Assembly (NCBI GenBank): GCA_964230215.1
Contig: CAXRGQ010000006.1
Location: 475,652 to 539,651, forward strand
Length of the DNA: 64,000 nt
Source: Flavobacteriales bacterium
GTDB lineage: Bacteria; Bacteroidota; Bacteroidia; Flavobacteriales_D; JAUILH01
Reading direction: 5' to 3'
Shown here: piece by piece, positions 10,123 to 20,699 of the stretch
How positions within the stretch are numbered: the first letter of the stretch is position 1
Layout: every line of letters starts with the position of its first letter
Position numbers and translations under genes: made by a program
Notes under the pieces: model-generated
Told to the model about the DNA's origin: nothing
Seen by the model: only the letters and a program-made list of their open reading frames with translations
The model's database searches: none

Positions 10123-10983
10123 ATGAGCAGCCTAGTTTTAAATATCGGTGGAGTTCCAGAACACTTTAATCTACCATGGCATTTATGCATGGAAGAAGGA
10201 AGATTTGATTCGATTGGAGTTAAAGTGAATTGGACAGACTTTCCTGGCGGAACGGGAGCAATGACGCGTGAACTTAGACATGGATCCTTAGATGTGGCAC
10301 TTGTTCTCACTGAGGGTATGATCGCCGATATCTGCCTTGGCAATAAATCAAAAATTGTTTGCTTTTATACGGATTCGCCCTTAATATGGGGTGTTCACAC
10401 AACGGCATACAATAAGTTTGAAGTTGTAAAAGATGTAATTCCTCCCATTTTCGCCATTAGTAGATGGGGCTCTGGCTCTCATTTAATGGCCTATGTCTTT
10501 GCGAAAAATCAAGGCTGGAATCCAAAAACAGCTATTAGCTTTAAAGTGGTGAGTAATTTAGATGGCGCCCGTGAATCTTTGGGGAACAAGACGTCTAATT
10601 TATTTATGTGGGAACGTTTTACCACGAAACCATTCGTTGATTCGGGCGAACTAAAACACCTTACAAACCAAGCAACTCCATGGCCTTGTTTTGTTGTGGC
10701 TGCTAGAAATAAGGTCTTGAGAGATCATCAAGACAAGTTGAATGAAGTAATTCAGATTGTGTTGGATAGGGCTCAAGCTTTAAAACAAGACCCACAAGCT
10801 ACTCAGATAATAGCGGAAAGATATAAACTGAAGCAGGAAGATGTTGCTATTTGGCTAAACAGCACCGAATGGGCAAAATCAATGGACACAAAAAACGACA
10901 TAGTTGAGGAATGCCTAAACACGCTTGAAGAGCTTGAAATCGTAAAGAATCCCTTACCATTAGACAAAATTATAGCCTACTAA
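10123..10983 (+). CDS. Cytoplasmic periplasmic-binding-protein-type-2 fold protein (NMT1/THI5- or SsuA-like)
   Basis: 286 aa without a signal peptide. The family assignment rests on a by-eye resemblance (VPEHFNLPW, GGTGAMTRELRHGSLDVALVLTEG) and the function is uncertain. Confidence 0.5.
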   Translation: MSSLVLNIGGVPEHFNLPWHLCMEEGRFDSIGVKVNWTDFPGGTGAMTRELRHGSLDVALVLTEGMIADICLGNKSKIVCFYTDSPLIWGVHTTAYNKFEVVKDVIPPIFAISRWGSGSHLMAYVFAKNQGWNPKTAISFKVVSNLDGARESLGNKTSNLFMWERFTTKPFVDSGELKHLTNQATPWPCFVVAARNKVLRDHQDKLNEVIQIVLDRAQALKQDPQATQIIAERYKLKQEDVAIWLNSTEWAKSMDTKNDIVEECLNTLEELEIVKNPLPLDKIIAY

Positions 10984-10987
10984 AAAA

Positions 10988-11017
10988 GCGCCAGACTTAG
11001 TCTGGCGCTTTTATTTT
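10988..11017. terminator. Bidirectional rho-independent terminator
   Basis: GCGCCAGAC-TTA-GTCTGGCGC flanked by an A-run upstream and TTTTATTTT downstream. It lies between convergent genes ending at 10983 (+) and 11016 (-). Confidence 0.8.
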
Positions 11018-11216
11018 AATTTAAGGTCATTAATTGTTTTCCGATTGTCTTAGTTTCTCTGACCGAAAGTGATTTCGAGTAATTTAAAATGTTTTGCACA
11101 ACACTCGCTTTTGGCGATTTATCATCTGCCTTTGGAAATACCTGGCTTCTGATGTCAGCTTCATTTTGAGAAAATTCGGAAAGTTGTTTTAGAGTAGATG
11201 TTTTAATCATAGGCAC
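11016..11216 (-). CDS. Small hypothetical protein downstream of the ECF sigma factor
   Basis: 66-aa ORF lying 47 nt downstream of the sigma gene on the same strand, ending at the terminator. No TM segment or recognisable anti-sigma motif. Confidence 0.35.
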   Translation of the reverse strand: MPMIKTSTLKQLSEFSQNEADIRSQVFPKADDKSPKASVVQNILNYSKSLSVRETKTIGKQLMTLN

Positions 11217-11263
11217 GTTTAAGATTTATACTGCCTAACGCTAATTCATCTTCTCATATTGTT

Positions 11264-11863
11264 CTAATAGGTCATAATTTTTTGGTGATCTTCAATTAAC
11301 TTCCTCAAATTGATAAGTGCATAACGCATCCTTCCTAGAGCTGTATTGATACTCACGCCGGTTTTCTCACTTATTTCTTTAAAGCTTAAATCTTGATAAT
11401 GACGCATCACAACCACTTCTTTTTGCTCTTCTGGAAGATATTCCACTAGCTTTTTTACATCATCATACACTTGCATCATCACCATTTCGTCCTCAACCGT
11501 CTGCTCGTTCATGTTGAGTACTGAGAAAATATCAAAATCTTCATCTTCTCCCCCAACATACATACCCACTTTAGGCATTTTCTTCTCTTTTCTGAAATGG
11601 TCGATAATCAAGTTGTGAGCAATTCGCATAACCCAGGGAAGAAATTTACCTTCCTCGTTATACTTGCCTTTCTTGAGCGTTTGAATAACTTTTATGAATG
11701 TATCCTGGAAAACGTCATTCGCAATATCAGCGTCACGCACCATCATGTAGATATAGTTATATACCTTATCCTGGTGTCTTCTCAATAAATATTCAAAGGA
11801 TTGTTCGCTTCCTGCGATATATCGCCTAACCAGTTCTTTGTCTGTTAACTGTTTTAAGTCCAT
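11264..11863 (-). CDS. RNA polymerase sigma-70 family (ECF-type) sigma factor
   Basis: 199 aa. Region 2 (DVFQDTFIKV...PWVMRIAHNLIIDHFRK) and region 4 HTH (SFKEISEKTGVSINTALGRMRYAL). Confidence 0.9.
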   Translation of the reverse strand: MDLKQLTDKELVRRYIAGSEQSFEYLLRRHQDKVYNYIYMMVRDADIANDVFQDTFIKVIQTLKKGKYNEEGKFLPWVMRIAHNLIIDHFRKEKKMPKVGMYVGGEDEDFDIFSVLNMNEQTVEDEMVMMQVYDDVKKLVEYLPEEQKEVVVMRHYQDLSFKEISEKTGVSINTALGRMRYALINLRKLIEDHQKIMTY

Positions 11864-12077
11864 AGCACTTTACCTTAAATTAAAAATTCAATAATCTATT
11901 AGTGTAAAGTGGTATCTATAGGCAATAAGTTTTTTGTTTCTATTAGTAGAACGCCTGAGCATATTAAAATGTTACACCTCCATCGTTCTTATCCCAAATA
12001 TAGGTAAATTCGCACGTACACAACAAAACTAAGGCAGTTTTAACAGTGTTTAACATTTTAACGGTGGTTTTCATTGA

Positions 12078-14852
12078 GTGAACGGTAAGGATTACATAAG
12101 CATTAGAGGTGCAAGAATGCACAACTTAAAGAATATTGATGTTGATATTCCCAAAAACAAGCTAGTAGTGATAACTGGACTGAGCGGATCGGGTAAGTCA
12201 TCATTAGCCTTTGATACACTTTTTGCTGAGGGACAAAGACGGTATGTTGAGAGCTTATCCTCATACGCGAGACAATTCCTTGGTCGTTTGGACAAGCCAG
12301 ACGTAGACATGATCAAAGGCATTTCGCCTGCTATTGCAATTGAGCAGAAGGTGAGTTCAAGCAATCCAAGGTCAACTGTTGGCACAAGTACTGAAATTTA
12401 CGATTACATGCGTTTATTGTATGCTCGTATTGGTGTGACTTATTCTCCTATAAGCGGAAATGAGGTTAAACGTCATACGAGTACAGATATCCTTAACCAT
12501 ATTCACACAAAACAAGACGGCGAAAAACTCGTTTTACTAGCACCATTTATTATCCCTAAAGGAAGAAGCTTTAAAAAGCAAGTCGAAATTCTTGGTCAAC
12601 AAGGCTTCACTAGGTTCTGGCAAAATGGTGAGATGATTGACTTTGAGGATGCAAAAGCCACAGAAAAAGATGCTTATGAATTGTTAATAGACAGAATCGT
12701 CGTAAAAAAAGACGATGAGGACAATGATTCCAGAATTCTAGACTCCATTCAGACAGCATTTTATGAAGGTCATGGCGAATGCATTGTTGAAGATTTAGAA
12801 GGCAATAAAACATCATTTAGCAACAAATATGAGCTCGATGGGATGTTATTCGAAGAGCCAAGTGATAACTTCTTTAGTTTCAACAGCCCCATGGGTGCAT
12901 GCCCAACTTGTGAAGGATTCGGTAGTGTAATTGGCATTGATCAGGATTTAGTGATACCCGATAAGTCCATTTCAATTTATGATGATGCTATTGTATGTTG
13001 GAAGGGAGAAAAGATGTCCAAATGGAAGCGCGAACTTATCTATGCTGCAGACGAATCTGGAATCCCCATTCACAAGCCCTATCACGAATTAACCGCCGAA
13101 CAAAAAGAACTGGTATGGACAGGAAATAAGGACTTTAAAGGCTTAAATAAGTTCTTTAAATACCTTGAAAGCAAACTGTACAAGATACAGTATCGCGTGA
13201 TGCTAAGCAGGTATCGTGGAAAGACAGCCTGTGAGGATTGTAAGGGAGCGCGGATTCGGAAAGATGCATCCTATGTTAAAATAGACGGAAAATCCATTCA
13301 CGAATTACTAGTTATTCCAATTGATGAATGCGCACATTTTTTCAATCATCTCAAACTCACCGATCAGCAAAATAAAATTGCAAAGAGGTTATTAGTTGAG
13401 ATCAAATCCAGATTAGGATACCTAATGGATGTAGGCCTCCCCTATCTCACCTTAAACCGACCATCATCAACCTTGTCTGGAGGTGAATCTCAGCGCATCA
13501 ACCTAGCCACTTCACTTGGGAGCTCATTAATCGGATCTATGTATATATTGGATGAACCAAGTATAGGTTTACACCCAAAAGACGGTGCGCGTCTAATTAA
13601 GGTCTTGCGCAGTCTTCAAGATATCGGAAATACAGTAATAGTGGTTGAGCATGATGATCACATGATGAAAGCCTCAGATTACATCCTGGATATGGGCCCT
13701 ATGGCAGGTAGACTTGGTGGAGAGTTAGTGTTTGCTGGTGACCACCAGGCCTTAAAAAAAGCCAAAAACAGTATTACCGCCGATTATTTGACGGGTAAAA
13801 AAGAAATAAGCATTCCTGAAACGCGCAGAAGCTCAAAATATGCGGTCGAGTTAAAAGGTGCACGTGAAAACAATCTGAAAAACGTAGATGTTAGCTTTCC
13901 ATTAAACACCATTACTGCTGTAACGGGCGTGAGTGGTTCGGGCAAATCAACCTTAGTTCGCAAAATACTCTATCCAGCACTTAAAAAGTACTTAAAAGAA
14001 AGTGCAGGAAGGGCAGGTGAACATACAGCCTTACTAGGCGATTTAAAGCATATTGATGGCGTTGAAATGGTAGATCAGAACCCTATTGGTAAATCATCGC
14101 GTTCCAACCCAGCTACCTATGTTAAAGCCTACGACGATATTCGGTCTCTTTACACCCAGCAACAATTGTCAAAAATCAACGGATACAAACCATCTCACTT
14201 TTCCTTGAATGTTTCTGGCGGAAGATGTGATGCTTGTGAAGGACTTGGTCAAGTGGTGGTGTCCATGCAGTTTATGGCTGATGTATACCTAAAATGTGAG
14301 GCTTGCAACGGCATGCGTTTTAAGGAAGATATTTTGGAAGTGAAGTTTAAGGACAAGCATATCGTTGATATTCTTAATATGACTGTTGATGAGGCTGTTG
14401 AGTTTTTTGGAGCCGTTAACTCGCGCGCATGCCAGAAAATTGTTGAGAAAATTCAGTGCTTACAAGATGTTGGTCTAGGGTACATTCAATTAGGTCAATC
14501 CTCTAACACATTGAGTGGCGGAGAAGCACAGCGTGTAAAACTGGCTTCATTCTTAAGCAAAGGAAACTCCTTGGGACGACAGTTATTTATATTTGACGAA
14601 CCCACTACAGGCTTACACGTTCATGATATCAGACATCTTCTAGCAGCCTTTAATAGCCTTGTAGACAATGGACACACAGTAATTGTGATTGAACATCATG
14701 GAGATATAATTAAAAATGCAGATTGGGTAATCGATTTAGGTCCAGAAGGCGGTATTAATGGAGGTAATGTGATTTTTGAAGGTACCCCAGAAAAGCTGAT
14801 TAAATGTAAAGAGTCTGCGACTGGTGAATTCCTTAAAGAAGATATGGCCTAA
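12078..14852 (+). CDS. uvrA: Excinuclease ABC subunit A (UvrA)
   Basis: 924 aa with a GTG start. Two ABC modules (GLSGSGKSS and GVSGSGKST; LSGGE signature twice) and Zn-finger Cys pairs ([28 protein letters not shown]). Confidence 0.95.
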   Translation: MNGKDYISIRGARMHNLKNIDVDIPKNKLVVITGLSGSGKSSLAFDTLFAEGQRRYVESLSSYARQFLGRLDKPDVDMIKGISPAIAIEQKVSSSNPRSTVGTSTEIYDYMRLLYARIGVTYSPISGNEVKRHTSTDILNHIHTKQDGEKLVLLAPFIIPKGRSFKKQVEILGQQGFTRFWQNGEMIDFEDAKATEKDAYELLIDRIVVKKDDEDNDSRILDSIQTAFYEGHGECIVEDLEGNKTSFSNKYELDGMLFEEPSDNFFSFNSPMGACPTCEGFGSVIGIDQDLVIPDKSISIYDDAIVCWKGEKMSKWKRELIYAADESGIPIHKPYHELTAEQKELVWTGNKDFKGLNKFFKYLESKLYKIQYRVMLSRYRGKTACEDCKGARIRKDASYVKIDGKSIHELLVIPIDECAHFFNHLKLTDQQNKIAKRLLVEIKSRLGYLMDVGLPYLTLNRPSSTLSGGESQRINLATSLGSSLIGSMYILDEPSIGLHPKDGARLIKVLRSLQDIGNTVIVVEHDDHMMKASDYILDMGPMAGRLGGELVFAGDHQALKKAKNSITADYLTGKKEISIPETRRSSKYAVELKGARENNLKNVDVSFPLNTITAVTGVSGSGKSTLVRKILYPALKKYLKESAGRAGEHTALLGDLKHIDGVEMVDQNPIGKSSRSNPATYVKAYDDIRSLYTQQQLSKINGYKPSHFSLNVSGGRCDACEGLGQVVVSMQFMADVYLKCEACNGMRFKEDILEVKFKDKHIVDILNMTVDEAVEFFGAVNSRACQKIVEKIQCLQDVGLGYIQLGQSSNTLSGGEAQRVKLASFLSKGNSLGRQLFIFDEPTTGLHVHDIRHLLAAFNSLVDNGHTVIVIEHHGDIIKNADWVIDLGPEGGINGGNVIFEGTPEKLIKCKESATGEFLKEDMA

Positions 14853-14872
14853 TATTGGTATATTTAGCTTTA

Positions 14873-15730
14873 ATGAGAGGAATCCTATCAATTTGTGTCG
14901 TTGTTCTCTGCTCAGTTTCGTATGCACAAGTCGAGCTGAAGCGAATTGGGTATTTAGATAAAAAACTGAACGAATCATCTGGTATTGTCTACGAGAACTC
15001 AAACAGCTTATGGACTATCAATGATGGCGGAAACTCTGCGACACTTTATAACATAGATAGTACTGGGAAAATAATTCGCGAAATAGATATTCCTGATTCA
15101 AAAAACCGAGATTGGGAATCCATAACCCTAGGAAATAATGGTTATCTGTATATCGGGGATTTTGGAAATAACAATAATTCTCGAGAAGACCTAGTAATCT
15201 ATCGCATCAAGTTTTATGAGATTTTAGGTAACGATAAGTTAGATGTGGACAAGATTGAATTCTCCTATGACGATCAAGATGACTTTCCACCCAAAGACAG
15301 TGAAATGAAGTTTGATTGTGAGGCAATGGTAGCCATGAATGACAGTATATTTCTTATCACAAAAAACAGAAGTAAACCCTACGATGGCAAGGTGCATATC
15401 TATGGATTACGAGGAGATAAAGGGAAGCATAAAGCACGTAAGCTATCAACATACGACACACACTCAAAGTCAATGTATTATTCGTGGATAACAGATGCTT
15501 GTTTTTATAATAATGACTTGCTTCTATTATCTCACAATAGGTTTTACCGCATTAAAAATTTTAAACTGGATCCTTACAATACACCAAAGCTAATTGAGTA
15601 TAAATTGAATCATTTCAGCCAGAAAGAGGCCATCTGTGCTGGAGGAAATGGCGAATTGTATGTTACGGATGAAAAAGTTGGGCCATTTGATGCGAAACTA
15701 TACAGAATCAAGCTTACATTTGAGGAATAG
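14873..15730 (+). CDS. Secreted hypothetical protein (possible beta-propeller)
   Basis: Signal peptide MRGILSICVVVLCSVSYAQ. I trimmed the start from the TTG at 14855 to the ATG at 14873. Repeated G/N/D-rich strand motifs are present, and no family could be assigned confidently. Confidence 0.55.
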   Translation: MRGILSICVVVLCSVSYAQVELKRIGYLDKKLNESSGIVYENSNSLWTINDGGNSATLYNIDSTGKIIREIDIPDSKNRDWESITLGNNGYLYIGDFGNNNNSREDLVIYRIKFYEILGNDKLDVDKIEFSYDDQDDFPPKDSEMKFDCEAMVAMNDSIFLITKNRSKPYDGKVHIYGLRGDKGKHKARKLSTYDTHSKSMYYSWITDACFYNNDLLLLSHNRFYRIKNFKLDPYNTPKLIEYKLNHFSQKEAICAGGNGELYVTDEKVGPFDAKLYRIKLTFEE

Positions 15731-15732
15731 AA

Positions 15733-18700
15733 TTGAAATTTCTACTATACATATCATTGATATTTAGCTACATAAATAGTGTAGCCCAGCAATATAATTT
15801 CCGGGAGTATAGCGTAGCGGAAGGATTACCAAGAAGTAGCACGTATGCCCTAACCCAGGACGATAAAGGTTATTTATGGATTGCTCTTGAAGGTGGGGGA
15901 GTTTCTAGGTTTGATGGCTATACTTTTAAACATTATGATCGACAAGCGGGATTACCTTCACAATATGTAAGAGCTGTATTTCAAGACTCAAAGGGGAATA
16001 TGTGGTTCGGCACATACGAAGGACTTTGCAAATTATCTGAGGATGGAAGTCTAAAAGTATTTACCACAGAAGACGGACTAATTCATAACTATGTGCGCAC
16101 CATTGCTGAGGATAAAGACGGTAAACTTTGGATAGGCACGAATGGAGGTGCAAGTATCTATGACGGTCAAAGCTTCACGCATTTAGTTCCCGGAGAAGAT
16201 TTACTGCATAAGAAGGTTCGAATTATACTGAGAGACTCGAAGAACCGGATGTTGGTGGGAACTGATGGCGGAATAACTGTATTTGATGGCGAAAAGAGGG
16301 ATGAGTGGACCTTACTGAATCTACTTCCAGACAACACAGTGCTCGAGATTCATGAAGACTCGGATGACAATATATGGATAGGTACAAAAATGGGCGCTGT
16401 AATGCTTGGCATGTCGGATACCATTTATTTAGATGAGTCAGATGGGCTTATCACTAACCGAATTCGTGCTATTGAAGAAGATAAGTTTGGACATATTTGG
16501 TTCGGCACAAGAGAAGGCGTTAGCGAGTGGGACGGGTCACGTTTTGTAAACTACACTGAGCGCAATGGCATTAGTCATAATCGCATAAGAGACATACTAC
16601 GTGATCGTCAGGGAAATCTTTGGTTTGCGACCTACTTTGGTGGTTTGAGTCGCTTATCGGGAGATGATTTTGTAGCATTCACGGTTGAAGAAGGCTTACT
16701 CAATAATCAGGTTTTTTCAATCTCAGAAGACAGGAAAGGCGGCATTATCATGGGTACGTTTGATGGGGTTACCACTTTGATATTGGATGACATGAGGATA
16801 GATTCGTCGCATAACATCACGTTGGAAGATGGATTAAGTGGCGATCGCATTTACACCGTCCACAAAGATGAGAAAGGTTATTTCTGGTATGGAACTAATT
16901 TCGGAATCAGCATATGCAGGAATGACACGGTTTGGTCGCTATCAGTTTTAGAAGGAATTCCGGGAGAAGATGTTTTTAGCATTATTGAAGATGCCGAAGG
17001 ATCCTACTGGATAGGTACATCCGATGGATTTTGTCACCTTGATTTTAATGCGCCAAGCGATTTTAAACTCGAGAAATTTGATGCCATACAAGAGCAAATC
17101 GAATCAGAGGAAGTAGCCACTATTTGTAAGGATGCTCTAGGCAACATTTGGTTTGGTTATAGAGATGGTGGACTTTATGTCTTAACAAATGAAGGCCAGC
17201 TAGTTCACCCAAGAATTAGTGAAGAAGTGAATAACATAATCAATTTAAGCTATTCGGATGGCTACATTTGGGTCGGAACAGAAGCAAGCGGATTATATAA
17301 GATTAAGAGTGTCCTTAAGGGAGATGAAGTGCTTGAATCTTATCATTACACAAAAGAAGATGGATTAAGTTCCAATCATATTTTTGCCTTCATTAGAGAT
17401 GCACAAGGCTTTTACTGGTTGGGTCACGAAAACGGTTTAGATAGACTTAAGTTTGATAGAGATCATAAAATAGTATTTAAAAAACGCTATGGTAAAAACG
17501 AAGGCCTTGTTGGGCTAGAGATCCACGAAAACTCAGCATACATAGATGCTAAGGACAATCTGTGGTTCGGAACTGTTAATGGCGGTGTATACATCTCTAC
17601 CAACAATAGCGCTCTAAACACGCTGAGTCCTCAATTACATATAACTAAACTTACCGTTTTACCTAAGGCTAATTTATGGGGTAAGGTGGATGACGTTGAG
17701 CATCAATACCTCAACCACAACCTACCAAAAGAGTTAGAGCTTGATTACGACCATAATTCTCTAAACTTTGAATTTGTTGCCATCAATCTAAGCTCTCCTG
17801 AGGCTACAACTTACAATTGGATGCTAGAGGGATGGGATATGGATTGGCAGACCAGCAAAACTCGTCGCAGTGTGAAATACACCAACTTGCCACCGGGCGA
17901 ATATACCTTGAGAATAATGGCTGCAAACGAGAATGATATATGGTCAGAAGAGCAACGAATCAAATTCACTATTCGCTCTCCTTTCTGGGAAAAATCTTGG
18001 TTCATTGCACTCTCTATTGTGTTGTTGATAGGTATATTCTTCGTCATAATGCAATTACGAAACAGGAAGTTGCGACAAGATAAGATCAAACTTGAAAAGC
18101 AGATTAATGACGCAACACTTGAGTTACGCAAGGAGAAAGAGATCATTGAAAAACAGAGCAAAGAAATCGAGATTCAGAAAGATACTTTAGCGGAAACAAA
18201 TAAGTCCATGACGGATAGTATCAACTATGCTCAAAGGATTCAGAAAGCTATTATGCGCCCTAGCTCTGACCAGAATCAACACTTAAAAGGCAAGCATACT
18301 ATTTTTTATCGACCGAAAGACATTGTATCTGGTGACTTTTATTGGACTTATAACCGAGATGAACATTCGCTAATCGCAGCGGCAGATTGCACAGGGCATG
18401 GTGTACCGGGTGCATTTATGAGCATGATTGGCATAAGTTATCTTGAACAAATAGTTCACGACTATCCGGACATATTGCCTGCCGAATTATTAGGTAAACT
18501 TAGAAGCAAAGTTATTGATGCTTTAGCGAATGATAGCGCAGACAAGACAAAAGACGGGATGGACTTGGCAATGTGTAAAATCAATTGGTCTAAGATGACC
18601 TGTGATTTCGCTGGTGCCAACAACCCACTGTATTTGATTCGCAACAAAGAACTAACCGAATACAAAGGCGATAAAATGCCAATTGGCGAGCACGACTTAA

Positions 18701-18957
18701 AAGACACACCATTCACGAATCATACGATAGAGCTCAAAGAAGGAGACATACTTTATGTATTTAGCGATGGTTTTGCCGATCAATTTGGTGGAGAGCGTGG
18801 TAAAAAATACCTCTACAAACGCTTTAAGACCTTGCTTGAAGACTTATCCGTTCTGCCTCTTGAAGAGCAGAAAGCCAAGTTAATCGAAGAGTTTGATGCA
18901 TGGAAAGGCAATCAAGAGCAAATTGATGATATACTCGTAATTGGAATAAAGATTTGA
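15733..18957 (+). CDS. Sensor protein: periplasmic two-component-regulator propeller repeats + Y_Y_Y domain + TM + coiled coil + PP2C/SpoIIE phosphatase
   Basis: 1074 aa with a TTG start. There are many repeats of the D..G.lWiGT..Gl type, a single TM (WFIALSIVLLIGIFFVIMQL), a coiled coil, and a C-terminal SpoIIE-like domain (SGDFYW, ADCTGHGVPGAFMS, SDGFADQFGG). Confidence 0.85.
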   Translation: MKFLLYISLIFSYINSVAQQYNFREYSVAEGLPRSSTYALTQDDKGYLWIALEGGGVSRFDGYTFKHYDRQAGLPSQYVRAVFQDSKGNMWFGTYEGLCKLSEDGSLKVFTTEDGLIHNYVRTIAEDKDGKLWIGTNGGASIYDGQSFTHLVPGEDLLHKKVRIILRDSKNRMLVGTDGGITVFDGEKRDEWTLLNLLPDNTVLEIHEDSDDNIWIGTKMGAVMLGMSDTIYLDESDGLITNRIRAIEEDKFGHIWFGTREGVSEWDGSRFVNYTERNGISHNRIRDILRDRQGNLWFATYFGGLSRLSGDDFVAFTVEEGLLNNQVFSISEDRKGGIIMGTFDGVTTLILDDMRIDSSHNITLEDGLSGDRIYTVHKDEKGYFWYGTNFGISICRNDTVWSLSVLEGIPGEDVFSIIEDAEGSYWIGTSDGFCHLDFNAPSDFKLEKFDAIQEQIESEEVATICKDALGNIWFGYRDGGLYVLTNEGQLVHPRISEEVNNIINLSYSDGYIWVGTEASGLYKIKSVLKGDEVLESYHYTKEDGLSSNHIFAFIRDAQGFYWLGHENGLDRLKFDRDHKIVFKKRYGKNEGLVGLEIHENSAYIDAKDNLWFGTVNGGVYISTNNSALNTLSPQLHITKLTVLPKANLWGKVDDVEHQYLNHNLPKELELDYDHNSLNFEFVAINLSSPEATTYNWMLEGWDMDWQTSKTRRSVKYTNLPPGEYTLRIMAANENDIWSEEQRIKFTIRSPFWEKSWFIALSIVLLIGIFFVIMQLRNRKLRQDKIKLEKQINDATLELRKEKEIIEKQSKEIEIQKDTLAETNKSMTDSINYAQRIQKAIMRPSSDQNQHLKGKHTIFYRPKDIVSGDFYWTYNRDEHSLIAAADCTGHGVPGAFMSMIGISYLEQIVHDYPDILPAELLGKLRSKVIDALANDSADKTKDGMDLAMCKINWSKMTCDFAGANNPLYLIRNKELTEYKGDKMPIGEHDLKDTPFTNHTIELKEGDILYVFSDGFADQFGGERGKKYLYKRFKTLLEDLSVLPLEEQKAKLIEEFDAWKGNQEQIDDILVIGIKI

Positions 18958-18958
18958 C

Positions 18959-19612
18959 ATGAAGGCGGTGATTTTTGATATGGATGGGATTCTGATTGAC
19001 TCGGAGCCTTTATGGAGACAAGCTGAGATTAAAGTTTTCAAAACTGTGGGTATTGAACTTACGGAGGAAGACTGTATCCAGACACTTGGCTATCGAATTG
19101 ATGAGGTAGAAGACTATTGGTATAACAGGCAGCCATGGCTAAACCGAGAGAAGGGACGGGTAGCAGAAGCTATTGTAGATGAGATGGTCTTTCAAATTAA
19201 AACACAAGGAAAGGCAATGATTGGTGTTGAAGATGCCTTAGAACTATTTACCAACTTAGGCTATAAAATAGGGCTGGCTTCTTCATCGAGCATGCGATTA
19301 ATTGATACCGTGTTAGACACCCTTAAGATTAGGAGTTTCTTCCATGCCATTCATTCGGCCGAACATGAAGCGTATGGAAAACCCCACCCAGCAGTATTTA
19401 TAAGTTGTATGCGTTCACTTGATATTCAAGCTAAGAATTGTGTGATAATTGAGGACTCACCATCAGGAATTATAGCTGCAAGAGCAAGTAAAGCACGGGT
19501 TATTGCTGTTCCAGAGCCTCACAATAGAAACAAGCCCGAAATGGGGATTGCCCATGCTCAGTTGGACAGTTTAGCATTTTTGGAGGGTAGCCTTATTGCG
19601 TCATTGTTTTGA
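18959..19612 (+). CDS. HAD-superfamily sugar phosphatase (YniC/beta-phosphoglucomutase-like)
   Basis: 217 aa. HAD motif I FDMDGILIDSE, motif II LASSS and motif IV IEDSPSG. Confidence 0.85.
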   Translation: MKAVIFDMDGILIDSEPLWRQAEIKVFKTVGIELTEEDCIQTLGYRIDEVEDYWYNRQPWLNREKGRVAEAIVDEMVFQIKTQGKAMIGVEDALELFTNLGYKIGLASSSSMRLIDTVLDTLKIRSFFHAIHSAEHEAYGKPHPAVFISCMRSLDIQAKNCVIIEDSPSGIIAARASKARVIAVPEPHNRNKPEMGIAHAQLDSLAFLEGSLIASLF

Positions 19613-20699
19613 AAAGCTCATAGTGCGATTCAGCCACGGCACTCCAAGTAAAACGAGATTTATATTTTCTGTAAGAGCTTTCACCTAAGGCTTTTTTCTG
19701 TTCACTACCGAGATTATGAAGACCTTTCAGTGCATTTTTTAATTCTTCTACACTATTACGGTTGATTAAATAACCATTGGTATCATCCACAAGTTCAGCC
19801 GTTGCCCCCACATCAGAGACTATAATTGCTTGTGATCTACTCATGGCTTCTAAAACAACTGTCGGCATACCTTCAAAAAGTGTTGGAAACACAAATGCAT
19901 CTGCGGAAGCATAAAGTTTATCCAAGTCTTCATCAGAAATGAAGCCCCAATATTTAATATTTTCAAAGTTGTACTTGAGCTTGTATTCCTCATATAAGGG
20001 CCCTTTACCTGCCAAATCGAAAAAGAAAGCGTCTTTTAGTCCTTCTTCGTTTAATTCATTTATAGCCTGCAATAGAATATGAATTCCTTTATTATGTGCA
20101 AACCTAGCAACAAACATACATTTTAGCGGCTCATTCGATTCGGGATATACCCTATCCAGCTTTGCTCGAGCGGCTGTGGCATTAGGTAGCACAATTATTT
20201 TGTCCTTGCTTACTACTGTACCAAGAATGTCGCTGAGTTTTCCACCTAGCGAAACAACATATTTTGATTTTCTAAAAATTTTCTTGAATACAGATTTAAA
20301 AGGAATGGCTACTAATTTATCCTTTTTTCCAAGTGCCTGAAATGGCTCCAAACCATGTGGATTAACAACCAGTCTATCACTCCAGTGCTTTGCTTTAGAC
20401 CAAACTGAAAGGCCTTGTGAGTATACAATGTCAGGTTCTAGATAGAGTAATGTATTGTGCACTCTTTTAGAATACTTCTTGCATTCTTTTAAATAGTTTT
20501 TGTCAGGATTAATTCCCTTAACATTGTGTTCCACCACATTCTGAATCCCTGCAAAAACAGTCTCATCATGCGGGTGAATAACGTGAATCTCTAGATCTTG
20601 ATATTCTGCCAAACTTTCTATGAGCAATCGCGAATGACGCTGCATTCCGCCTACTGCGTGTGGGAAAATACCATCTGTACAAAAAGCGAGTTTAATCAC
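19593..20699 (-). CDS. Glycosyltransferase family 4
   Basis: 368 aa. GT-B/GT4 E-x7-E region FPTLFEGMPTVVLEAMSRSQAIIVSDVG. Confidence 0.88.
   Translation of the reverse strand: MIKLAFCTDGIFPHAVGGMQRHSRLLIESLAEYQDLEIHVIHPHDETVFAGIQNVVEHNVKGINPDKNYLKECKKYSKRVHNTLLYLEPDIVYSQGLSVWSKAKHWSDRLVVNPHGLEPFQALGKKDKLVAIPFKSVFKKIFRKSKYVVSLGGKLSDILGTVVSKDKIIVLPNATAARAKLDRVYPESNEPLKCMFVARFAHNKGIHILLQAINELNEEGLKDAFFFDLAGKGPLYEEYKLKYNFENIKYWGFISDEDLDKLYASADAFVFPTLFEGMPTVVLEAMSRSQAIIVSDVGATAELVDDTNGYLINRNSVEELKNALKGLHNLGSEQKKALGESSYRKYKSRFTWSAVAESHYELFKTMTQ

Noticed and set aside
12078-14852. uvrA considered as a class II (UvrB-binding-domain-less, drug-resistance type) UvrA paralog.
   Set aside because: At 924 aa it has both ABC modules and all the Zn-finger Cys pairs, and there is sequence between Walker A and the first signature where the UvrB-binding and insertion domains sit. 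The length is consistent with canonical class I UvrA.
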